Assembly (NCBI GenBank): GCA_039799905.1
Contig: JBDLRP010000008.1
Coordinates: forward strand, 1 to 14,131
Origin: Pseudomonadota bacterium
GTDB lineage: Bacteria > Bdellovibrionota_B > Oligoflexia > Silvanigrellales > Silvanigrellaceae
DNA: 14,131 nucleotides
Reading direction: 5' to 3'
The notes beneath the pieces were generated by a model that saw only the letters and a list, made by a program, of their open reading frames with translations, was not told where the DNA came from and did no database searches. The position numbers and the translations under genes were made by a program. The number at the start of each line of letters is the position of its first letter. Positions within the stretch are counted from its first letter, which is position 1. Shown here piece by piece: positions 7,295 to 14,131 of this stretch.

Positions 7295-7795
7295 CTCTGC
7301 GTGTTTAGCTGGTCCGCCTTTGGAAGTCTTCTTTGCTGCAGTCGCAGCTTCGGTAGCCTTTGCTTCCGATGGTTCAGAAGCCGTATCGGCTGCGCCATTT
7401 TTCTCGAGACGCTCTTTGGCATCCGCAATCAGGCGCTCAGCTAGTGTCGTGCGCAAGGTTTTGAGGTCTGTGAGGCTGCGTGGAGCGGTGGCCTGAACGA
7501 GTTCATTTAGGTAACGCAAGTTTGAAACTACGTTGCGTGGAGTTGTGTTGAGTTCAACAATCATTTTGACAACTTCCGCGCGAATGGCCTCATCGACGGG
7601 CTCAGCGGCTCCATCCAACAGTTTGCTCACAAGACCGTTCACAATCTTTTCTACTTCTGCCGTCGTCTTCTGACTGATCTGCTCGATCGGAAGTTTGCCG
7701 AGCAGTGCTTTCGTTTCCTCTTCGGTCAGTGACAGCGCTTTGAGCACGGCCTGCTTTGCCATATCAACCAACTGGAACGCTTTATCTCTCAACAT
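7292..7795 (-). CDS. Hypothetical all-alpha protein with an Ala/Lys/Glu-rich tail (167 aa)
   Basis: ATG at 7795 with a strong SD (GAGGAGG) upstream. Same strand as lepB. Amphipathic helices; no family recognised. Confidence 0.75.
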   Translation of the reverse strand: MLRDKAFQLVDMAKQAVLKALSLTEEETKALLGKLPIEQISQKTTAEVEKIVNGLVSKLLDGAAEPVDEAIRAEVVKMIVELNTTPRNVVSNLRYLNELVQATAPRSLTDLKTLRTTLAERLIADAKERLEKNGAADTASEPSEAKATEAATAAKKTSKGGPAKHAE

Positions 7796-7954
7796 ATCAA
7801 CACCCTCCTCTGTTTCAACAGACGAAACGTTACTCCAACCGTTGGGTACGGCCAATCAAAGCCGTCAGGAGGCACTGCTGAAAAGTATGCCTCCGCACCC
7901 AAAAGACCGGGCACAGAAGGCATAACTAATTTAATATTCAAGCTGAAGTCTTAT

Positions 7955-8653
7955 TTATTGTAGTTTTGCAAAAAACCGGTCGGTACGGAACTTGGGCAGC
8001 CAGCCCTCGCCCGAATTAATTGAATAAAACACCCGTACGGCCTTGCCGTAGATTCGCTCACTGTCGACGTAACCCCAATATCGGCCGTCATTGGAGCAAT
8101 CGCGATTGTCGCCGACAACAAGCAGTTTTCCGGCGGGTACGGTCCAGGTACGCGTCTCTAAATTCGTGTTGCCACCCTTCACACTCCGAAGGATATAATG
8201 GAAATGCTCAGAGTTATTAAACTTTTCAACGTAAAGACTTTTACCCTCGCCCGTGTTGCACGCAGAGCCGTCTCCCATGTCTTCGAGAAGCGTGCGGTCT
8301 TCCTGGAGCTGCTCGCCAACGCGCTCGTTGTTGATTTGCAACACGCCATTGTCAAAGGAGACATTATCCCCGCCCACGCCAATAACGCGTTTGACAAATG
8401 TGATGTGCTCCATCGGGCTGTCAAAAAGAACGATGTCTCCGCGCTTGGGGGTATCCCACGAGAAGATTTGCGTTTCCATGAACGGCAGCATCAGGCCATA
8501 AGAGAGCTTGTTTACCAAAACGTGATCGCGAATTTTGATGGTCGGGAGCATCGAACCTGTCGGAATGACATACCAGTTCACAATTGAGGAACGCAGAACC
8601 ACCATCACCGCGATAATAACAACGACGTCGCGGAGCCAGCCGAGATTTTTCAT
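7955..8653 (-). CDS. lepB: Signal peptidase I
   Basis: N-terminal TM helix, catalytic Ser motif IPTGSMLPT, catalytic Lys in FVKRVIG, and GDNRDCSNDGRYWG box. Confidence 0.95.
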   Translation of the reverse strand: MKNLGWLRDVVVIIAVMVVLRSSIVNWYVIPTGSMLPTIKIRDHVLVNKLSYGLMLPFMETQIFSWDTPKRGDIVLFDSPMEHITFVKRVIGVGGDNVSFDNGVLQINNERVGEQLQEDRTLLEDMGDGSACNTGEGKSLYVEKFNNSEHFHYILRSVKGGNTNLETRTWTVPAGKLLVVGDNRDCSNDGRYWGYVDSERIYGKAVRVFYSINSGEGWLPKFRTDRFFAKLQ

Positions 8654-8672
8654 TCAGAAAGACACCTTTCTT

Positions 8673-9626
8673 TCACGCCCAGCGCAGGGACTTAATTCGT
8701 AAACCATTCCAAAAATCGCGAGCCATGACTGCGCGCTTTCCGGGCGCCTGAAGCTCGAGAATATTTAGCACACTTCCATCACCGCACACTAATTCCAAGG
8801 CGCCATTCGCGAAAATAATATCGCGCGATTTTGCCTTTGAATTCAGCAGAGCTTGCGTTGTGATAACTTTCACTTCGATAGTCTCATCACCATTCAGAAG
8901 TTTCATGCGTGTGCCAGGCCAGCCGGCAAAGGCACGCACCTTGTTGTGAATCGTTCGGGATGATTGCACGTCAGGATTGAGCAAGCCCTCTTCGATTGTC
9001 AGTTTGCGGGCCTTCGTCGCATGCTTGTGATCCTGCTCGACGAGTTCAAGCTTGCCCGCAAAATACTCCGGCAGGATATCAATCAGTGTTTTTGCTCCAA
9101 TCTCAAACAGCAGTCCAAGAAGTTCGGAAGCCTTTATCTTGTCGCCGGGCCGATACTCACGCTGAACGACGATCGGTCCGGCATCCATGGCACGAACAGT
9201 GCGCGCGATTGTCACACCGGTGACGTCCACGCCATCCTCCAATGCCCGCTGTACTGGCGCGGCACCCCGGTACAGCGGCAAGAGACTCGGATGAATATTG
9301 AGCGTTCCAAATTGCGCGATAGCAAGAAACTCTTCCGACAAAACCTGCCCATATGCTGCTGTGACAAACAGATCAGGCTTCAGCAATTTCAACTCATGCA
9401 AGAAATCATCCGCTTTGGCATTTTCGGGAGTCAAAACAGGCAAACCAGCTGTTAATGCACGCTGATGAACGGGAGACGGCACAAGTGACTGCCCACGCGG
9501 AGCACGCGTCGGAGGCTGACTGACAACCGCTACAACTTCGAACTCGCTGTTGTCTGCCAATAACTGCTCCAAAACCGGAACGACAATCGCAGGCGTACCG
9601 AGAAAAACGATCTTTTTCTTCATCAT
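8673..9626 (-). CDS. fmt: Methionyl-tRNA formyltransferase
   Basis: IVFLGTP, VVSQPP, TAAYGQ, NIHPSLLPLYRGAAPVQ, MDAGPI, VRAFAGWPG, and C-terminal LQAPGKR. Start overlaps the folK stop. Confidence 0.97.
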   Translation of the reverse strand: MMKKKIVFLGTPAIVVPVLEQLLADNSEFEVVAVVSQPPTRAPRGQSLVPSPVHQRALTAGLPVLTPENAKADDFLHELKLLKPDLFVTAAYGQVLSEEFLAIAQFGTLNIHPSLLPLYRGAAPVQRALEDGVDVTGVTIARTVRAMDAGPIVVQREYRPGDKIKASELLGLLFEIGAKTLIDILPEYFAGKLELVEQDHKHATKARKLTIEEGLLNPDVQSSRTIHNKVRAFAGWPGTRMKLLNGDETIEVKVITTQALLNSKAKSRDIIFANGALELVCGDGSVLNILELQAPGKRAVMARDFWNGLRIKSLRWA

Positions 9627-10150
9627 CGGGACTCGATTCCAATATGTGATGTTTGTTTGATTTGAAGCAGCTTTTCCTGCCGAATTTGCAGACCAGCTTC
9701 TATCATGTCGAGCAGAAAAGCACGGTTGAAAATTTCAGGATGAGGCACGCGGAGATTGCCGTCTGGCGAAATGAAATGAACCGAACGGTCTGCATTGAAT
9801 TCTGATCCGGAGCAAGCGCTCCGACAAAAAAACAGCAAGTCGAGATCAACCGCGCGGGGCTGCCATCGCTGAATCCTGTTGTGTCCGAAGTGGTCCTCGA
9901 TGGTGACAATTTCCGAATAGAGTTCTTGCGGCTCCAAGGCAGTTTCAAATTCAAAAACAAAATTCAGGTACTCTTCCTGAGATTCGGTCGGATATTTTTC
10001 AGATTTCAGCGGTGCAGTCAGATTCCATGCGGTTTGTCGGAGAATGCGCCCGAACTTTTGCAGCCGTAACAGAGAACCGTGTGCGTTCTGCACACGGTCT
10101 CCGGTGTTTCCGCCGAAAGCGATGAGATACACAAACAAGTTTGAGACCAT
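9623..10150 (-). CDS. folK: 2-amino-4-hydroxy-6-hydroxymethyldihydropteridine diphosphokinase (HPPK)
   Basis: YLIAFGGNTGDR, YLNFV, RWQPRAVDLDLL and LRVPHPEIFNRAFL motifs. Confidence 0.92.
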   Translation of the reverse strand: MVSNLFVYLIAFGGNTGDRVQNAHGSLLRLQKFGRILRQTAWNLTAPLKSEKYPTESQEEYLNFVFEFETALEPQELYSEIVTIEDHFGHNRIQRWQPRAVDLDLLFFCRSACSGSEFNADRSVHFISPDGNLRVPHPEIFNRAFLLDMIEAGLQIRQEKLLQIKQTSHIGIESR

Positions 10151-10161
10151 TCTACTGCGAA

Positions 10162-11856
10162 TTAATCCACTAAAGTTTCGCGGTAGTTGACAACGACCTC
10201 GGCGCCCATCGCCGGGGGTGTTTTGAAGACCACCGCATGAAGTGAAGCATCATAGACGTAGTGCATAGCATCCAGCACTTGTCCGTCAACGGTCACCTCA
10301 AGTGTTCCGGAAAAAGGAATCTTCCCTGCAGGTAGACTGATGCGGGTGGCCAGCTCAACCGTGTTCTGCCCGACGTTGGTCAGAACCGATGACCAGTCGG
10401 AGGAACAAATGTTTTCTACTGCACCGCCGGTGAGCTGCGCTGCCTTGATATAATTCGTGCCCGACTCCTCCGGTCCTCCCGTGCTCATAGAGCAATCAAT
10501 CGCACCATTTTGCTTGCGCAAACCGGTGATGGCGCTCACACGGAAGTTTCCACTGCCCTTAACGTTTGCACCCGCTGCCCAATCTTTAAATTGGTCGGCA
10601 GTGTACTTATGCATGGTCAAAGGAATTCCCTTTGCAGATTTCATCAGCGCATAGGGCGCGATGCCAAAGGCGTCGAGGAAAGGAGAGCTACCACCTTCGC
10701 GGCACAGGTTCGTGTCCTTTTGCCCGCTGCCGTTCAAACTGGTCCTGCCGTAAGCATCTTCGCACCACATCTGCACACTGTCGTCTTCCTCGTCGGAAAG
10801 AACGATCACACTCAGGGATGCATCCGGACGAACGAATCCAGCATTTTCGCCGCCACCAGCGAGTGATTTTTCGACTGCCATCTTTGCCGCCCACAGGCCA
10901 TGCTCAAAGGCTGATCCCTTTGTTCCCAGCAAGGCCGTGCGCTGAAAGGCTTCCACGAAATCAGGCGTGTCGCGCAGAATTGTATTCTTGGTTGTCGGAT
11001 CAGCCTGTAATTTTCCTCGCAAAGCACCGACAAATTTTCCGCCTACTTTGACGGCATCAGGAATGTAGGTTGCGCTCGGGCAGAGAGCGTTTGCAACCGC
11101 GTAGCCTGTCGTCGAATCGGTTTGGCAGACGTCCAAGCTGGTTACACCCACTTGAAAATCAATACGCGTTTCCTTCAACTTTTGTGCAAAGGATTGAAAT
11201 TTACTCTTAAGCTGATTTTGCGCCCAAGCCATCGATCCACTGCTGTCCACGACCCAAAGAATATCAACCTTTGCGCGCGGCTGTGTTTGCTGAACAACCA
11301 CAAAATCACCAGCACGCGGGCCTGTTTTCACTGGCGGCTGGGGGTCCGGTTGCTGAGGCTGTGGCTGAGGCTGAGGCTGAGGCTGTGGCTGTGGCTGTGG
11401 CTGTGGATCGGCCTGTGCCACATCACCAACAGGCGGTAATTGAGCTGATTGATCGTCAGGAAGCTGCGGCTGACCGCTTCCTGCATCAACCGCCGACTGG
11501 TCGGGCAACTGAGTTGGCCGACGCACTGATTCATCAACGCCGACACCCACTCCATCTTGACCCTGTGGATCGCCACCCTGGCCGTCCCTTGCGCCATCGA
11601 CGTCCGCACCTCTATTACGACTCACCGGCCCCTCGCGACCCGCCGCGCTCGCAGAGGTATCTCCTCCCAAGCGCGCGCGTGCGTCTGCATCTGCGGACGC
11701 AACACTGACGTCGCGCTTCAGTGTCCGGCTTTGTTCAACAAATGCAGTTTGGCCATTGCACGCTGACAAAAAAATAAGCGCGGAACCGAGCGAACAACAC
11801 AACCGTACACGGGTGCTACCCTTGGCAGCACACGCCAAAATAAGATCTGCAGGCAT
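10162..11856 (-). CDS. Secreted vWA-domain protein, probable lipoprotein, with a long disordered PQ-rich stalk (564 aa)
   Basis: SD GAGGAGG. Hydrophobic stretch ending LSA-C (Cys33). MIDAS motif VDILWVVDSSGSM, LSVIVLSDEED, AQLTGG...ICSSDW, and a small C-terminal beta domain. Confidence 0.85.
   Translation of the reverse strand: MPADLILACAAKGSTRVRLCCSLGSALIFLSACNGQTAFVEQSRTLKRDVSVASADADARARLGGDTSASAAGREGPVSRNRGADVDGARDGQGGDPQGQDGVGVGVDESVRRPTQLPDQSAVDAGSGQPQLPDDQSAQLPPVGDVAQADPQPQPQPQPQPQPQPQPQQPDPQPPVKTGPRAGDFVVVQQTQPRAKVDILWVVDSSGSMAWAQNQLKSKFQSFAQKLKETRIDFQVGVTSLDVCQTDSTTGYAVANALCPSATYIPDAVKVGGKFVGALRGKLQADPTTKNTILRDTPDFVEAFQRTALLGTKGSAFEHGLWAAKMAVEKSLAGGGENAGFVRPDASLSVIVLSDEEDDSVQMWCEDAYGRTSLNGSGQKDTNLCREGGSSPFLDAFGIAPYALMKSAKGIPLTMHKYTADQFKDWAAGANVKGSGNFRVSAITGLRKQNGAIDCSMSTGGPEESGTNYIKAAQLTGGAVENICSSDWSSVLTNVGQNTVELATRISLPAGKIPFSGTLEVTVDGQVLDAMHYVYDASLHAVVFKTPPAMGAEVVVNYRETLVD
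11353..11406 (-). repeat. Hexanucleotide tandem repeat (CCWCAG)x9 encoding (PQ)9
   Basis: Nine ctgagg/ctgtgg units on the + strand. Confidence 0.95.
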
Positions 11857-11862
11857 GAAAAA

Positions 11863-11898
11863 ACCTCCTCATGGCCTGGGTTGAACAGATGAGGAGGT
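11863..11898 (-). promoter_or_regulatory. SD-sequestering hairpin in the vWA gene leader
   Basis: Perfect 10-bp inverted repeat acctcctcat (11863-11872) / atgaggaggt (11889-11898). On the mRNA the 3' arm contains the SD. Confidence 0.7.
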
Positions 11899-12007
11899 AC
11901 GAATCCCACTAAACGACCTTCCTCGTAGGAGGAATCGACAGTCACTCGAGCAGAATTGAGCTATTTTTTTTGTCTTTTACGAAAAAAGACATTTTCTTGT
12001 TTCATTA

Positions 12008-12044
12008 CGCAAAGAAGGCTCGCCAGTGGCGAGCCTTCTTTGCG
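12008..12044. terminator. Probable intrinsic terminator downstream of rpmH, potentially bidirectional
   Basis: Perfect 18-bp inverted repeat cgcaaagaaggctcgcca-g-tggcgagccttctttgcg, 20 bp past the rpmH stop. A UUCUUU tract follows the GC core on either strand. Confidence 0.75.
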
Positions 12045-12064
12045 ACTGTCGACTTTCAGGCGGC

Positions 12065-12214
12065 TTACTTGGCGTAGACCGTTGCTGCAAGGCGCTTGCG
12101 GCCCTTCGCGCGGCGGCGCTTCAAAACATTGCGGCCATTTGCAGTAGCCATACGTGCACGAAAGCCGTGCTTACGCTTGCGAACTTTTTTACTCGGTTGA
12201 AATGTACGTTTCAT
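12065..12214 (-). CDS. rpmH: 50S ribosomal protein L34 (49 aa)
   Basis: [42 protein letters not shown], with SD GAGGAAGG upstream of ATG 12214. Confidence 0.98.
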   Translation of the reverse strand: MKRTFQPSKKVRKRKHGFRARMATANGRNVLKRRRAKGRKRLAATVYAK

Positions 12215-12350
12215 GGGGCACCCTTCCTCAGATTGCAGAGCGTTCTGGCTAACACAGCACAATAGGACTTGCAACAGACATGTTCATAGGCCTAAGAAAG
12301 AGAGTCTGACCAGTACAAGGTCCCTGAAGTACCCTGAAAGGCACATCCGA

Positions 12351-13532
12351 ATGAAACCAGTGAAACGCCCTCAACAATCGAAGAAACAGCCAAGTTCCGC
12401 AAAAAGCCAGCGACCATCCGGTGGTCGCGGTGCAGCGGCAGAGCGTCCTGCGAACGGGCGCAGGCGGGGCGACGAGCAACCATCGGCGGGCCGCAAGTTC
12501 AATACAGATCGCCATGAGGGAGCACGCAAACGCAACGAAGAACGCCCGGCGGCAGGACGTAAATTCAACGCCGAAAGATCCGAAAACACCCGCAAACCCT
12601 TTCAATCTTCCGCGCGAAGAGAGGCCCCCGCCCGCTCAGCCGCGAAGCCTCTCATCAACGACAAATTTGCACGCGCAGCTGCACCTGCGACGGCACAAAG
12701 GCAATTTCACGTCTGGGGACGCAGGCCGGTCGAAAACTACTTGACCCGTCTGCAGCAGGAAGAATCTTTGGACCAACGTTCCTACGCGCTGCACGTGATT
12801 GCCGACAAAGCCGGAAAGGTTCCTTCACATCTGAGGAACATCATCGAACCCTGCAAGAATTTGGGTTTGAAAATCACCCTTTGCAAAAGCCAAGACGATG
12901 AGGAGTGGCCGCTTAATTCTGAGGAGCAACTCAATCACCAGCGTGTTTGCCTGCGGGTCCCGAGCATTCCAACCGTCTCAATCCACGATGTCGCGCAATC
13001 GCTGCCAGACATGATTGCTGAGACTCCGCATGGATGCCTCGGCTTGGTCCTCGACCAAGTTCAAGACCCGCGCAATTTCGGCGCGATCCTGCGCACCGCC
13101 GCTTTTTTTGGAGTGAAATTTGTCGTGTTCGGTGAAGACCGTCAGGCGGAAATCACCCCGCTGGTTGTCAAGACCTCGTCCGGCGGAGCGTTCAGCGTTC
13201 AACTCGTACCGACGGTGAACATCAATCGTGCTCTGGAAATGCTTAAAAAATCTGGCGTATGGATTGTAGGTTCCTCACTGCAGGCGAGTGCTCGACACGA
13301 CGAACTGCCGCTCGACAGACACTACGTCCTTGTCGTCGGAAATGAGTCTAAGGGGATGCGCCAAGAAGTTGCGCGCCACTGCGACTACCTTGTGAAAATC
13401 CCAGGCGGTGTGGCCGCGGTCGACTCGCTCAATGTGGGGGTCGCAACGGGAGTTCTGCTCAGCACACTGCAGAGTGAAATCTCGCGCGCATCCATGCAAC
13501 TCTCGCAGACCGCAGAAAACACCGGCGAATGA
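12351..13532 (+). CDS. rlmB: TrmH/SpoU-family RNA 2'-O-methyltransferase, RlmB-like, with a long basic N-terminal extension (393 aa)
   Basis: NHQRV (HQG-like), LDQVQDPRNFGAILRTA, KTSSGG, VGNESKGMR and DSLNVGVA motifs. ATG 12351 follows GAAAGG. Exact substrate is inferred. Confidence 0.85.
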   Translation: MKPVKRPQQSKKQPSSAKSQRPSGGRGAAAERPANGRRRGDEQPSAGRKFNTDRHEGARKRNEERPAAGRKFNAERSENTRKPFQSSARREAPARSAAKPLINDKFARAAAPATAQRQFHVWGRRPVENYLTRLQQEESLDQRSYALHVIADKAGKVPSHLRNIIEPCKNLGLKITLCKSQDDEEWPLNSEEQLNHQRVCLRVPSIPTVSIHDVAQSLPDMIAETPHGCLGLVLDQVQDPRNFGAILRTAAFFGVKFVVFGEDRQAEITPLVVKTSSGGAFSVQLVPTVNINRALEMLKKSGVWIVGSSLQASARHDELPLDRHYVLVVGNESKGMRQEVARHCDYLVKIPGGVAAVDSLNVGVATGVLLSTLQSEISRASMQLSQTAENTGE

Positions 13533-14131
13533 AGATTTTTCGCCGTCCTGAAGTGTTCACGGCCGACTGCGTCAGCGACTGGCCGTCGGCCTTTCAACAG
13601 TTTCTCAAAAACGTTGATGGCTTTACCGGTGAAAAAATAATGCCGGCTGCACAAGACAACGAACTCACCATAGTACCCCACGGCGGTCTCGGGGCGAAAG
13701 TCATTTGCAGCCGCCAAACGTGCCTGCCTTCGTCATGGAGAGTCGCTGCTTTTCATTCAAACATCGTTTGTGAGCAGTCAGAATTTAATCCGGACGAACT
13801 GAAGAAGGGAGACGGCATTGCCGTCAGAGCCGATTCCTTCACCGCACCGCTTGCAATTGCGACAGCCGATTGTCTCGCCGTTGCCCTGACGTTGGAGTGC
13901 GACGGACAAATCCTACTGGCATCTTGTTTTCATGCAGGCTGGCGGGGATATACGTCGGGCATTCAGCACTCCGCCCTGCACTGGATGATGCAACAGCCCG
14001 AAGCAAAAAGACTCGCCAGCTGGAGACGACACCTTCACGTCACCATAGGGCCGGCAATTGCAGGACGGTCTTACCCGTGTGGTGCCGACGTGAAGGATGC
14101 GCTCGAACGGCACCTCGAGGAAAGATTACGC
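13529..14131 (+). CDS. pgeF: PgeF/YfiH (laccase-domain, purine nucleoside phosphorylase-like) family protein, 3'-truncated by the window edge
   Basis: Absent from the ORF track. ATGA overlap with the rlmB stop. Open to the end of the window: ...AFHSNIV...GDGI...IATADCLAV...CFHAGWRG...TIGPAI... Confidence 0.88.
   Translation, partial: MKIFRRPEVFTADCVSDWPSAFQQFLKNVDGFTGEKIMPAAQDNELTIVPHGGLGAKVICSRQTCLPSSWRVAAFHSNIVCEQSEFNPDELKKGDGIAVRADSFTAPLAIATADCLAVALTLECDGQILLASCFHAGWRGYTSGIQHSALHWMMQQPEAKRLASWRRHLHVTIGPAIAGRSYPCGADVKDALERHLEERLR

Noticed and set aside
7210..7912. Long-range pairing between the leader (GCCCGGU) and the 3' element (ACCGGGC) of the 167-aa gene
   Set aside because: Only 7 bp, both segments already lie in local stems, and it is compatible with chance.
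7796..7914. CRISPR array or tandem repeat
   Set aside because: The hairpins share no repeated sequence and there are no cas genes.
12215..12350. Replication origin next to rpmH
   Set aside because: No dnaA, no DnaA boxes and no AT-rich unwinding element. The CCCTGAA pair (12322, 12332) is too short to interpret.
13..14113. Remaining ORF-track entries (e.g. 230-1000, 1130-1591, 5127-5771, 7215-7496, 8964-9455, 13913-14113)
   Set aside because: They are alternative-frame or antisense shadows of well-supported genes and show no recognisable motifs.

Overview
Bacterial chromosomal window, mostly housekeeping. The gene content (TraF-like barrel, tandem DUF507, secreted vWA lipoprotein) suggests Bdellovibrionota/Oligoflexia; that taxonomy is inference only. 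Plus strand: partial TraF_2-like outer-membrane beta-barrel, TPR lipoprotein, tandem DUF507 protein, dnaE, then a short AT-rich island and an alpha/beta-hydrolase lipoprotein. Minus strand: rpmH (standalone, followed by a terminator), vWA lipoprotein with a PQ stalk, folK, fmt, lepB and a 167-aa orphan helical protein. Plus strand again: TrmH/RlmB-family methyltransferase and a partial PgeF/YfiH gene. Main anomaly: the last 81 coding bp of dnaE (5892-5972) recur at 7205-7285 (70/81 identical, hand alignment), bracketing the AT-rich island and hydrolase. Both copies fold into the same two hairpins with two compensatory base-pair swaps, and their A.C mismatches become G.U pairs on the minus strand. 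All 11 substitutions in the non-coding copy keep or improve pairing, including a possible loop-loop kiss. This suggests an undescribed structured RNA or ssDNA element that overlaps the dnaE tail and is linked to a small cargo insertion. Several leaders also carry anti-Shine-Dalgarno hairpins. All alignments and folds were done by eye.
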